Below, piece after piece: positions 1-8,699 of a stretch of DNA of 64,000 nucleotides. The notes beneath the pieces were generated by a model. That model saw only the letters and a list, made by a program, of their open reading frames with translations, ran no database searches and was not told the DNA's origin. Source of the DNA: an uncultured Rhabdochlamydiaceae bacterium (GTDB taxonomy: Bacteria; Chlamydiota; Chlamydiia; Chlamydiales; Rhabdochlamydiaceae); NCBI GenBank assembly GCA_963712275.1, contig CAVQHD010000001.1, forward strand, positions 416,001 through 480,000, given 5' to 3'. The position numbers were made by a program, and so were the translations under genes. Numbering within the stretch: the stretch's first letter is position 1; each line of letters opens with the position of its first letter.

Positions 1-11
1 ATGTCGCGATT

Positions 12-629
12 TTGCCCCCGTGTGCAGGAACAGTTTCAGTTGAATACACTGTTCAACATACTGAAAGGGTCATTAAAGAGTTTAGAGCGCCGATGATCAA
101 GCAAAGCTCCCGCCCTCGATCCCGAGAAGGAGAAGACCAAGATATCATTGACCGCTCTTACCGTCATGCCACTGAGAATGGGTTCACCCTTCAAAAGTCC
201 CGTTTGATCATTCATAAAAAGAAAGGCACTGCAAGCTATAAGCTTGTTTCTGAAAATAACAATGAAGCGCTCTGGCTAGTGACAACTCTTAAGAACAAAG
301 ATAACCCCAAAAAATCTGGTAAAATAGAGTTCTCGCTCTCCTGTACCGGGTATCAGGACAGCGCGACAACGTCCAAAAAAACAGAAGAAATGCAGCTCGT
401 CTGGGGAGACAAGATTACCATTATCAAGAAAAGTCCCTGGAAAATGGTGGTGAACTTATGCGACGGAACACGAAAGGAAGTTTTCAATGACGGAGCACTG
501 GCTAAAAGTTCGATTCACCCTTGGATTAAAATATCTCCTGAAAGCGGCACTTTAGAAGTTGTCAATCCTAATAAAATCGATCTCGGACTCCCCAATGTTC
601 AAGCGATCCACTCCCAGGCGAAGTTATGA
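12..629 (+). CDS. Hypothetical protein, probably 5'-truncated by the window edge
   Basis: 205-aa ORF whose frame is open back to the window start; no recognisable motif. Confidence 0.55.
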   Translation: MPPCAGTVSVEYTVQHTERVIKEFRAPMIKQSSRPRSREGEDQDIIDRSYRHATENGFTLQKSRLIIHKKKGTASYKLVSENNNEALWLVTTLKNKDNPKKSGKIEFSLSCTGYQDSATTSKKTEEMQLVWGDKITIIKKSPWKMVVNLCDGTRKEVFNDGALAKSSIHPWIKISPESGTLEVVNPNKIDLGLPNVQAIHSQAKL

Positions 630-754
630 AGGATTTTCTTCAATTCTGACAACCAAGGCTCTTTCTACCGTTCCGGTCGTTAAAATTTTTCGAGAGGTAG
701 ATTTTTACAAGACACGTGGTAGAATGAAGCCTATACTTAAAAAGGTAGTCTCCC

Positions 755-1489
755 ATGTTGTCAGTAAATCCATTTCTAGTTGCCTATACGCAATCTGATT
801 TTTTTGGAAAGTTAATCATCCTTGGGCTGATTGCCCTCTCGATGATCTGTTGGGTTGTTTTGCTGCATAAGATCTGGACACTGAGGAATGTAAGCCGCTT
901 ATCTGAGGCGTTTCAAACAGCGGTAGATGGGCAGAAAGCGTCCTTGCTCTCTCTTGATTTGGCGCAGCTGCCGCTGCCGAAAAACAAGGCAATTCCCCAC
1001 CCTTTTGGACAAATTTTTCAATCCCTGAAGGGGAAGACGATCGAGACCTTAAATAAAAATCGGTATTTTTTAGCGCAGTCGGCTGCACCGAAAGGAGCCG
1101 TTTACTTAACACCCGCCGATCTAGAGCTGCTCGAATCGCATGTGACTGCAACCATCTCTTCTCAGAATAAAGCGCTTGAGAAAAACCTCTTTATTTTGTC
1201 GACCATTGTGACGCTAGCTCCTTTCATGGGGCTGCTTGGAACGGTGTGGGGGATCCTCGTGACGTTCTCCGGTCTTCACAGCGGAGGAGGCATTGGGTCG
1301 AATACATCGATTTTGGGAGGGATTTCAACAGCGCTCGCAACGACCGTTTTAGGACTCGTGATCGCAATCCCTGCGTTGGTGGCTTACAACTATCTCAAAA
1401 ACCACTTAAGGCATTATACGGCTGATATGGACGATTTTTTAACCTCGCTCATCTCTCAAATCGAATTGCAATACCGGAAAGTCGAATGA
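755..1489 (+). CDS. tolQ: TolQ/ExbB (MotA/TolQ/ExbB proton channel)
   Basis: APFMGLLGTVWGI and GISTALATTVLGLVIAIPALVAYN motifs; first gene of the tol-pal cluster. Confidence 0.93.
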   Translation: MLSVNPFLVAYTQSDFFGKLIILGLIALSMICWVVLLHKIWTLRNVSRLSEAFQTAVDGQKASLLSLDLAQLPLPKNKAIPHPFGQIFQSLKGKTIETLNKNRYFLAQSAAPKGAVYLTPADLELLESHVTATISSQNKALEKNLFILSTIVTLAPFMGLLGTVWGILVTFSGLHSGGGIGSNTSILGGISTALATTVLGLVIAIPALVAYNYLKNHLRHYTADMDDFLTSLISQIELQYRKVE

Positions 1490-1908
1490 GCCGCCTTAGG
1501 TCTTCTCTTCGAGAAAGCGGCTTTGCAGAGGCCGAAATTAATCTAACGCCTCTGATTGATGTGGTCTTTGTTGTCTTGATTATTTTCATTATCATTGCGC
1601 CGATGCTGGAGCTTGATCGCGTCGAACTTGCAAATACCGCGCCGGTAAAGCAGGGAAAGGAGGCGCCGGAGGCCAGCCCTGCTGTGACAATCCATGTCCA
1701 TCAAGACAACACTATCTGGTTTAATGGAAAATGCGTGGGTGAAAAGCAGCTCACCGAACTGCTGCAAAACAGCCGCAGCTTAAGCAGCGGGAAGATTCCA
1801 CAGCTCTTTCAAGATAAACGAGCCAGCTTTGGCACCTATCAAACGGTTAAAAACGCTGTTGAAATCGCCGGCTACGAACAAATGGATGTTATCTTAAAAC
1901 CCGGGTAA
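1486..1908 (+). CDS. tolR: TolR/ExbD
   Basis: EINLTPLIDVVFVVLIIF motif; 4-bp overlap with tolQ. Confidence 0.93.
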   Translation: MSRLRSSLRESGFAEAEINLTPLIDVVFVVLIIFIIIAPMLELDRVELANTAPVKQGKEAPEASPAVTIHVHQDNTIWFNGKCVGEKQLTELLQNSRSLSSGKIPQLFQDKRASFGTYQTVKNAVEIAGYEQMDVILKPG

Positions 1909-2625
1909 ATGTCAGGACAAATGTTAAGACGCGTTGTTTCGATTGTCATCTCATTTCATCTTCTATGTGTGGCAGCGCTTTTTTTTGCTCCAGTCCGCAC
2001 CCCTGCTGTCAAGGGAGCTCATGTCAAAGTTCGAACTGTCCGCCCTGTCGCAGCAGTCGCTGCTAAAAAAACTGTTTCGCCTGCCGCTTCTCGCCTCATC
2101 CCCCAACCAAGCTCCAAACCAAGCCCTCAAAATAAACCCTCTTCTCCCAAACCTGCTCCTGCGGCAAAAAAAAAGAGCGCTCCAACTAAAAAACCAGCCA
2201 TCATAGAAAAAAAGAAACCAGTTAAAAAAAAGGTCGAGCTTCAAAAGCCTGCTGTTTCTGCAGAGGTCTGGGATGAAATTGATCAAGCTCTCGCAAAAAT
2301 TGAGAAGAACAGCTATTCTAAAAGAACACCGTCGTTGGAGCTCGCGACGCCCACGCTGCTCTCAAATGAAGTCGTGCAGGAAAGTGAAGAGAGCCATTCC
2401 ATGCTGGTAGGCTTTCTTCACAATGCCCTTCATCTGCCTGAAATGGGCGAGGTGAAAATCCAATTGACGGTGCGAAAGAATGGAACGGTGGCAAACGTGG
2501 TTGTGCTCAGTGCTGCAAGCCATAAGAATAAGCTCTATTTGCAAGAGCACCTGCCTCACCTCCACTTTCCTATGCATTTTGACGAAGAAAAAACATGGAC
2601 ACTCACTTTTTGCAATGAAATTTAA
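1909..2625 (+). CDS. TolA/TonB-like protein
   Basis: N-terminal TM with SxxxH-like motif (VISFHL), Pro/Lys/Ala-rich linker, TonB_C-like C-terminus; sits between tolR and tolB. Confidence 0.75.
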   Translation: MSGQMLRRVVSIVISFHLLCVAALFFAPVRTPAVKGAHVKVRTVRPVAAVAAKKTVSPAASRLIPQPSSKPSPQNKPSSPKPAPAAKKKSAPTKKPAIIEKKKPVKKKVELQKPAVSAEVWDEIDQALAKIEKNSYSKRTPSLELATPTLLSNEVVQESEESHSMLVGFLHNALHLPEMGEVKIQLTVRKNGTVANVVVLSAASHKNKLYLQEHLPHLHFPMHFDEEKTWTLTFCNEI

Positions 2626-3961
2626 ATTATTCTATTGTTTTATTTTACTTCTCCTTCCTCTAGGAGCAAAAGAGGTTTCTCCCGAAGAAATTCGGATTTA
2701 TCTGACCACGACAAGCCCACTGGAACCTCTTTATCTAGGGCAGCTGCACTGCTCTGACGGCTCTGTTTCAAACAGCTATCTGAAAGACCTTTATTCCGTG
2801 CTGGCTTTCGACTTGAATTACAATGGAGCCACGCGTGTTTTGCCAGTAGCAGCAGATCTAGAAGAAGCGCTTCGGAAGGAGAGCTCTGCCGCCTTTAATC
2901 GAAACTTTTGGAAAAATTGGAGCACCGCCTATGTCGTTAAAGGAGAAATCCAAAATCAGTCCCTTGTCCTTTCTTTCTTCTCAGCTCATACAGGGGCTCT
3001 CAAACAATTTCCTCCTGTTGCATTAACAGCCTCTTTACCTACAGACCGAAAAAATTTACACCGTCTTTCAGATGCGATTTTCAAGGCGCTGTTTGGAAAA
3101 GAGGGAGTTGCAAGCAGCCGCCTTCTGTATTCCGTCAAGCAGCGGAAAGGCGAAGCCTGGGTATCAGAAATTTGGTGCTGTGACTGGGATGGAGCTAACT
3201 CTCGTCAAATCACCTACGAAAATGGACTCTGTGTCACACCTGTCTTTATCCCTCCAAGCGCTCGGCATGCCAATGACCGTTTTCTTTATGTCTCTTATAA
3301 ACTAGGACAGCCGAAAATTTTCCTTGCCTCTCTATCTCAAGGGAAAGGGGAAAAACTGATCGACCTTCGCGGCAATCAACTCCTGCCGGCAATCTCTTCT
3401 CAGCGGACTAAAATCGCCTTCATTTGCGATGCAGCAAGCCGTACCGATCTTTTCATGCAAGAATTTCACCCTGAAACAGGAGAGGTCGGAAAGCCAATTC
3501 AACTTTTTTCTTACCCGCGTTCAACCCAGGCGTCGCCAACATTTAGTCCCGACGGCTCTCAAATTGCGTTTGTCTCCGATAAAGATGGAGCCCCTCGAAT
3601 CTATTTAATCCCAGCCGCCTCTCAGTCAAAACGAGCGGCGCCTCTTCTCATCACAAAAAAAAATGGAGAAAATTCGTGTCCCTCTTGGTCTCCAGATGGA
3701 AAGAAAATAGCCTATAGTGCTAAAACTAAGGGGACAAGGCAGATTTGGATTTACGACTTCGATAAACAAGAAGAATGGCAGCTCACCGATGGCTCTGGCA
3801 ATAAAGAGAATCCCTCTTGGGCGCCAGACAGCCGCCATTTAGTGTTTAATTCAACCGATGGCCATATCTCCGAACTTTATTTAGTTAATTTAAGCCAGCC
3901 GGATGTGATTAAAATTTCAAAGGGGCCTGGAATTAAACATTACCCTTCGTGGGGACAATAA
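2615..3961 (+). CDS. tolB: TolB beta-propeller protein
   Basis: Signal peptide from ATG 2615 (MKFKLFYCFILL); PD40 repeats SPTFSPDG, PSWSPDGKKI, PSWAPDS. Confidence 0.93.
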   Translation: MKFKLFYCFILLLLPLGAKEVSPEEIRIYLTTTSPLEPLYLGQLHCSDGSVSNSYLKDLYSVLAFDLNYNGATRVLPVAADLEEALRKESSAAFNRNFWKNWSTAYVVKGEIQNQSLVLSFFSAHTGALKQFPPVALTASLPTDRKNLHRLSDAIFKALFGKEGVASSRLLYSVKQRKGEAWVSEIWCCDWDGANSRQITYENGLCVTPVFIPPSARHANDRFLYVSYKLGQPKIFLASLSQGKGEKLIDLRGNQLLPAISSQRTKIAFICDAASRTDLFMQEFHPETGEVGKPIQLFSYPRSTQASPTFSPDGSQIAFVSDKDGAPRIYLIPAASQSKRAAPLLITKKNGENSCPSWSPDGKKIAYSAKTKGTRQIWIYDFDKQEEWQLTDGSGNKENPSWAPDSRHLVFNSTDGHISELYLVNLSQPDVIKISKGPGIKHYPSWGQ

Positions 3962-3988
3962 GAAATTTTTACCTTAAGGAAAATCAGT

Positions 3989-4651
3989 ATGAATACAACG
4001 ATGCGTGTGTGCCTCTGGGGTCTTTGCGCACTTCTTATAGCAGGATGCCAAACAAAATCGGGCAACATTTGGGACGATAATCAAACAGGCGCAAAATATA
4101 AGCATGAAAATCAAACTTCTGCTCTTTGGGATGCCTCTAAAGGAACCCTTCCAGGGCCAGCCCAGGAAGAATTTATTCCTTTGAATGACGAAGATCTGAG
4201 AAATCAATTCGCAGAAGTGGTAGCGCCGCAACCCAGCCGAGAGCTCGGGGAAGCCGGAATGCCCACTGCAGATCAATTTGAAGCCCCTCGAGGAGAGCTC
4301 GCCTCTATTTTTTCTCCTGTCTTCTTCAATACCGACGAACATGTCGTCAAAAAACAAGACTATCTTGAAGCGATTCAGCGAACAGCTCATTACCTTAAAA
4401 TGCATGATAAAACCTATGTGATTATCGAAGGGCATTGCGACGAAAGAGGTCCGGAAGCCTATAACCTTGCTCTTGGAACTCGCCGCGCAAATCATGTCCG
4501 CTCCCTCTTGATCAAGGCAGGAGCCAAACCAGACCAAATCCACACCGTTTCTCTTGGAAAAGAACGCCCCTTTGTACTCGATCATACCCCTGATGCCTGG
4601 GCAAAAAATCGAAGGGCTCATTTCCGTGTTTATACCCAAGGGCAGCAGTGA
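3989..4651 (+). CDS. pal: Peptidoglycan-associated lipoprotein Pal
   Basis: Lipobox LIAGC; OmpA-C motifs IEGHCDERG, YNLALGTRRA, KNRRA. Confidence 0.95.
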   Translation: MNTTMRVCLWGLCALLIAGCQTKSGNIWDDNQTGAKYKHENQTSALWDASKGTLPGPAQEEFIPLNDEDLRNQFAEVVAPQPSRELGEAGMPTADQFEAPRGELASIFSPVFFNTDEHVVKKQDYLEAIQRTAHYLKMHDKTYVIIEGHCDERGPEAYNLALGTRRANHVRSLLIKAGAKPDQIHTVSLGKERPFVLDHTPDAWAKNRRAHFRVYTQGQQ

Positions 4652-5223
4652 GACTCTACTTCCTATGCGCCCTTCTTTTAGGAGGGTGCATCCCTAGCCT
4701 CACCGCTTTTCGAGGAGATCACGACTCGGTTATTGACGATCTTCGAATGGAGATCGCCGATCTCAAGCACGCCCTTCATGGGACCGATGTCGAAGTTAAG
4801 CTTTTAGAAGAGAGAATCGAATCCGCGGAAGAATCCAAAGCTCATGTCAAAACAGAGGAGACAACCGATCTTAAGAGAAAGCTCTTTGCCTTAGAGAAGA
4901 GTTTAGACAAAATGAACGGTGAAATCCGCACCTTGATGAATACAGCCAATCAAACAGCCTCCTCTCTTGCAACCTATCGGCAACAGCTTTTAGAGATCGA
5001 CAGCAAGCTCATCGAAGTTTCAAAACTTCGCTCTACCCTTTCCCAACTCTCCCATTCTTCCCGCCCTCAAGAAGCGCCTCCCACCTATCGCGTCAAGCCA
5101 GGAGATTCTCTTAGCAAAATTGCTCTTAAATATGGAGTCACCACAGACTCTCTTAAACGGGAAAATCAGCTCGAAACAGACACCATCGTGGTGGATCAGC
5201 TGCTGAAAATTCCTAAATGTTAA
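4648..5223 (+). CDS. Coiled-coil + LysM lipoprotein
   Basis: Lipobox LLGGC, long coiled coil, C-terminal LysM (YRVKPGDSLSKIALKYGVT); follows pal. Confidence 0.85.
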   Translation: MRLYFLCALLLGGCIPSLTAFRGDHDSVIDDLRMEIADLKHALHGTDVEVKLLEERIESAEESKAHVKTEETTDLKRKLFALEKSLDKMNGEIRTLMNTANQTASSLATYRQQLLEIDSKLIEVSKLRSTLSQLSHSSRPQEAPPTYRVKPGDSLSKIALKYGVTTDSLKRENQLETDTIVVDQLLKIPKC

Positions 5224-5639
5224 CGATTCGGGCTACAATCTTTTTGAACAATCGCTTTTGGGAGGGGACTTTCGAGCGCACCGATAAAAAAGGGTATGCT
5301 GCTGCCAAACACATCTTTGGATCAGAACCTTCTGATCCAGAAGTTTATGATTTTGTTTTGCACCACTTCACCGAGCTTAATTTTGGAGAGCCCAAACCGT
5401 TTGAGTTGCAAATTAAACGGATGAATCCCAAAAGAGTTCAAAGGGAAGTCAAACGCGAAATGGCAAGAGTTAAAGAGACGATGAAACCCTCGACACTAGC
5501 GCAAGACTACCTGCGAGAAGAGATCGAGAAGAAAAAAAAGGAAAAAGTAAGAACCACCACCGCTGAAAAGCAGGCGCGCAAAGATCAACAATTTGCGATG
5601 AAACAGCAGAAGAAAAAGGCTAAACACCGTGGACGATAG
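5217..5639 (+). CDS. YjdF/DUF2992 family protein
   Basis: FWEGTFER, IFGSEPSDPEVY, NPKRVQRE and C-terminal KKKAKHRGR typical of the family. Confidence 0.8.
   Translation: MLTIRATIFLNNRFWEGTFERTDKKGYAAAKHIFGSEPSDPEVYDFVLHHFTELNFGEPKPFELQIKRMNPKRVQREVKREMARVKETMKPSTLAQDYLREEIEKKKKEKVRTTTAEKQARKDQQFAMKQQKKKAKHRGR
5538..5639 (+). repeat. Direct repeat copy 1 (3' end of the yjdF-like gene)
   Basis: 102 bp with 3 mismatches to 6410-6511. Confidence 0.95.
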
Positions 5640-6225
5640 AGATCCTTGGAATCACTTCTGGCAATAGACATCTCTCCAGATGGTGGATTGTTATTTTGGT
5701 CTTATCAGATGCAACCTGAATCAATTCATTACATTGCCTGGAAAGGGGAGGAGCAACAATTGTGATTTTCTTATGCGGGAAATGTTTTAGGACTTTCTTA
5801 ATAGCGGGAGCTTGGTCTGAGTCATTGGAAATTAAAAAAGCCCTATCATAGGCATCTTGGTAGGCAAGCTCAAAGAGGGTAAGAGCGATATTAACATCAG
5901 TCTCTTTTTCTTCATGGATTGTAGAATGAGAAAGACACAGGGAACAATAGCGGTTTTTTTTCTTGAACTGTCCAAGAATGACTTTTATTCCGCGATGTTT
6001 TTGAGCAGCTATATATACTTTTTGCTGCGCTTGATTCTTTTCAGAGGTATGAATAGACAAAGCTGAAAAATAGAGAATTTGTATCAGTTCTTCTGATTGT
6101 GATTTGACAAAAAACTGAGACAGTTTTTTAAGGTCTATCCAATTCAAATGAGGCTGTTTTAATCTAGCAATGGCATGATAAAGATTAAAGCCGTCTACGA
6201 AGGAAATAACTCGATCGCGTCTCAT
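5620..6225 (-). CDS. NYN (PIN-like/LabA-type) putative RNase with Zn-ribbon-like insert
   Basis: FVDGFNLYH, EEKETDVNIA, LISNDSDQAP motifs; CSLC insert; likely ATG at 6225; C-terminus runs into the yjdF 3' end. Confidence 0.88.
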   Translation of the reverse strand: MRRDRVISFVDGFNLYHAIARLKQPHLNWIDLKKLSQFFVKSQSEELIQILYFSALSIHTSEKNQAQQKVYIAAQKHRGIKVILGQFKKKNRYCSLCLSHSTIHEEKETDVNIALTLFELAYQDAYDRAFLISNDSDQAPAIKKVLKHFPHKKITIVAPPLSRQCNELIQVASDKTKITIHHLERCLLPEVIPRISIVHGV

Positions 6226-6234
6226 TCTGCCTGC

Positions 6235-6264
6235 AAAAAAAGACCACGAGCCGAAACCCGTGGT
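6235..6264 (-). terminator. Intrinsic terminator-like hairpin just upstream of the NYN start
   Basis: Minus strand ACCACGGG-TTTCGG-CTCGTGGT then C and a T7 run. Confidence 0.6.
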
Positions 6265-6361
6265 GTTCGCATGGAGTTTGAAGCCATGCGGGATGATATT
6301 AAATATCTTACTCGTTGTTATTATTTCTGTATACAAGAAAAGTTGAGGATATACAAGGAGT

Positions 6362-6386
6362 AAAAAAGCCGGGAATTGATCCCAGC
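6362..6386 (-). terminator. Intrinsic terminator-like hairpin
   Basis: GCTGGGA-N5-TCCCGGC-TTTTTT on the minus strand; resembles 7824-7848. Confidence 0.55.
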
Positions 6387-6511
6387 CTTCTGATCCAGAG
6401 GCTTATGATAAGGAAAAAGTAAGGACCACCACCGCTGAAAAGCAGGCGCGCAAAGATCAACAATTTGCGATGAAACAGCAGAAGAAAAAGACTAAACACC
6501 GTGGACGATAA
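6386..6511 (+). pseudogene. Internally deleted second copy of the yjdF-like gene (direct repeat copy 2)
   Basis: 6386-6409 matches 5328-5351 and 6410-6511 matches 5538-5639. Confidence 0.9.
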
Positions 6512-6512
6512 G

Positions 6513-7088
6513 ATGCTCCAACCAAAAACCACTTACGAAGATGCCACCTTCAAGTCGCTCAATATGAGTGGCAAAAGTTTGAAAGAGAGCCGGTTTGAAA
6601 ATGTTGTGTTTGAAAGCTGCCAGTTCATAGAAAGCAATTGGCAACAGGCCCATTTTCAGGGGTGCCGATTCAAAAATTGCAACCTCTCTCTTGTGAATCT
6701 CACAGGATGCCGACTCCAGCAACTCAAATTTGAAGAGTGCAAAATCGTGGGCCTCGACTTTTATAAATGCGCTAAGATCGGCGATCTGACGTTTCACAAG
6801 AGTGTGCTCTTGACATGCAACTTTACCGACCTGAAACTCAAAGGATGCGACTTTAGAGAATCAAGGCTCAAAGATGTCTATTTCACAGAGACCGATCTGA
6901 CGGAGAGCAACTTTTCAGAGACCGATCTTCTCGGTACAACCTTCCACCACTGCAACCTGACAAAAGCCGACTTTAGAGAGGCAAAAAATTACGCCATCGA
7001 CTTGCAATCCAATACCGTGAAAAAGGCTCAGTTTTCGTTTCCGGAGGCGATGAATCTTCTGAAGTGCTTCGATATTACCATCTCATGA
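6513..7088 (+). CDS. Pentapeptide repeat protein (Qnr/MfpA-like fold)
   Basis: Regular pentapeptides throughout (TDLTE SNFSE TDLLG TTFHH CNLTK ADFRE). Confidence 0.9.
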   Translation: MLQPKTTYEDATFKSLNMSGKSLKESRFENVVFESCQFIESNWQQAHFQGCRFKNCNLSLVNLTGCRLQQLKFEECKIVGLDFYKCAKIGDLTFHKSVLLTCNFTDLKLKGCDFRESRLKDVYFTETDLTESNFSETDLLGTTFHHCNLTKADFREAKNYAIDLQSNTVKKAQFSFPEAMNLLKCFDITIS

Positions 7089-7146
7089 AGTATTACATCC
7101 AATGGGGGGCACTCTCCGACCTGCGATGCTGAAACACGACAAATAA

Positions 7147-7806
7147 TCAGCGTTGTAACCAGTCTCCCATACGTTGTAGTTTGCGAGTTTTCTTCTCATA
7201 CATATCTGTTGCGATAAGCTCTAGTTTTGTGTTAATACCCAGGACAATTTTTTTCGGCAGCTTTACATAAAACAGAAGAGTTCCTTCAACTGGCGTCGTT
7301 TCGACAGAAGTAGCCTTTACTTTTAAATCCAAAGCATCGGATGCACAAATTTCAGCATTATTGTACACGCCATTAACTCTAAGTATTTCCGGAATTCGAG
7401 TTGATTGAGCGAGAATAGGAATTGCTTCATGTGGAATAACCATTAATGACCAGCTAGATACAAAGCTGGGCGCACCAGTGTTCCAAATTCGAATATTCAG
7501 TGCTATGCCGGTTAGAATTTGCTCGTTTACATTATCTGGAGTGAAAATATTGCCTCCCAGTATTGATAGATGTAATTCTGGTGGTAAAGTTGCCATATCT
7601 AGAGTTTTTTCTTTGGCTACCGGCATCTGTATGGTGTTATAATGATTATTGTTTATGGTTTCTGCTTGTTGAATGCGCCCTTCGCCAGAAGCAGCTGATT
7701 TCCAACGCTTTGAATTAGGGGCTTTTATATTATGGGAATTCTCTCTTACCCATGAAAATTTAGCTTTTAGAAGAGTGCCTATTCTACTGCAGAACTGTTC
7801 AAGCAT
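7147..7806 (-). CDS. Hypothetical protein (AT-rich)
   Basis: ATG at 7806 preceded by GGAGG RBS; no motif recognised. Confidence 0.6.
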   Translation of the reverse strand: MLEQFCSRIGTLLKAKFSWVRENSHNIKAPNSKRWKSAASGEGRIQQAETINNNHYNTIQMPVAKEKTLDMATLPPELHLSILGGNIFTPDNVNEQILTGIALNIRIWNTGAPSFVSSWSLMVIPHEAIPILAQSTRIPEILRVNGVYNNAEICASDALDLKVKATSVETTPVEGTLLFYVKLPKKIVLGINTKLELIATDMYEKKTRKLQRMGDWLQR

Positions 7807-7823
7807 TTGATATTTCCTCCTAT

Positions 7824-7848
7824 AAAAAAGCCGGGGGAATTTCCCGGC
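7824..7848 (-). terminator. Intrinsic terminator downstream of the DUF5674 gene pair
   Basis: GCCGGG-N7-CCCGGC-TTTTTT on the minus strand. Confidence 0.65.
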
Positions 7849-7909
7849 CTTGCGTTTTGGAAATGGGGAAATGCATTTACGGTCACCACTGTGATCACAA
7901 ACTCTCCTT

Positions 7910-8242
7910 TCAACGGCCTGACCTAGCAAGCCAAGCAAAACAATCAAAATAGCGGTCTAAATCTTCAAGCGATGTTTTGAATTCGTCGCTTCCGAGGGCA
8001 GCAGCGGCGAAGAGCTCGCGAGCTCGTAGAATTTCCCTTCGACGACCCTTCCACCGAGGATCTTCGATCGTAAGCCAAAATAAGTCCAAAGCTCGAGTGA
8101 TGGCACCCCAGTAGCGCGCTTGATTGCCCTTGGATCGAAGGGCTCGGCTGACTTCGCTCCCAATATTGGCCATTTGCTCAATGAGAGAAAACCTCGCCCA
8201 ACTTGCGCGGACAGATTCTAGGTGGTCTAAATCTGCAGTCAT
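7910..8242 (-). CDS. Small helical protein, partner of the DUF5674 gene
   Basis: W..FSLIEQMANIGSEVSRA...EILRARE pattern; 4-bp overlap with the DUF5674 gene. Confidence 0.7.
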   Translation of the reverse strand: MTADLDHLESVRASWARFSLIEQMANIGSEVSRALRSKGNQARYWGAITRALDLFWLTIEDPRWKGRRREILRARELFAAAALGSDEFKTSLEDLDRYFDCFAWLARSGR

Positions 8243-8592
8243 GAGTGTTTGACCAATTGATTGACGATTTCTCGAATTTTTTGACAGATTGCAGGATCAT
8301 CAACCCCTCGAGAATCATTGCCATGAGATGGTCTCAAGTTGATTATAGAATCATATTCAATCCATTCATCTTCAGATTGCTGAAGGTAGAGGTTAATTCC
8401 CCAGAGGTTTGCTTGTCTTGATCCACTCTCTAAAAGGACCTCTTCCCCATCCGAATGCATGGTCATTCCCGCAATCATAATAGCTTTTTCCACATCGACG
8501 ACGACTTTGACTAAAGCACCACCCTTGCTTTTCAATTCCAGATCGAGAAGGTCGGCTTTTTGCACTTGTTGATCAATGATCTTTGTTGGCAT
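8239..8592 (-). CDS. DUF5674 family protein
   Basis: VKVVVDVE, HSDGEEVLLESGSRQANLWGINL, DSIINLRP.GN.SR motifs. Confidence 0.75.
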   Translation of the reverse strand: MPTKIIDQQVQKADLLDLELKSKGGALVKVVVDVEKAIMIAGMTMHSDGEEVLLESGSRQANLWGINLYLQQSEDEWIEYDSIINLRPSHGNDSRGVDDPAICQKIREIVNQLVKHS

Positions 8593-8699
8593 ATCACACC
8601 CTCAAGAATTCCTGAGAATACCAGAAATGCTCTGGAAACGCAAGACCGAGATTTGAAACTTGAAAGACATTTGCTACAAAACAGTTATACCCCTAATGA

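Noticed and set aside
3974..4639. 221-aa antisense ORF over pal and many other antisense or overlapping ORFs in the track
   Set aside because: Shadow frames of well-supported genes with no motifs
7089..7146. GC-richer intergenic stretch considered as a group II intron end or ncRNA
   Set aside because: No domain V consensus or convincing stem found
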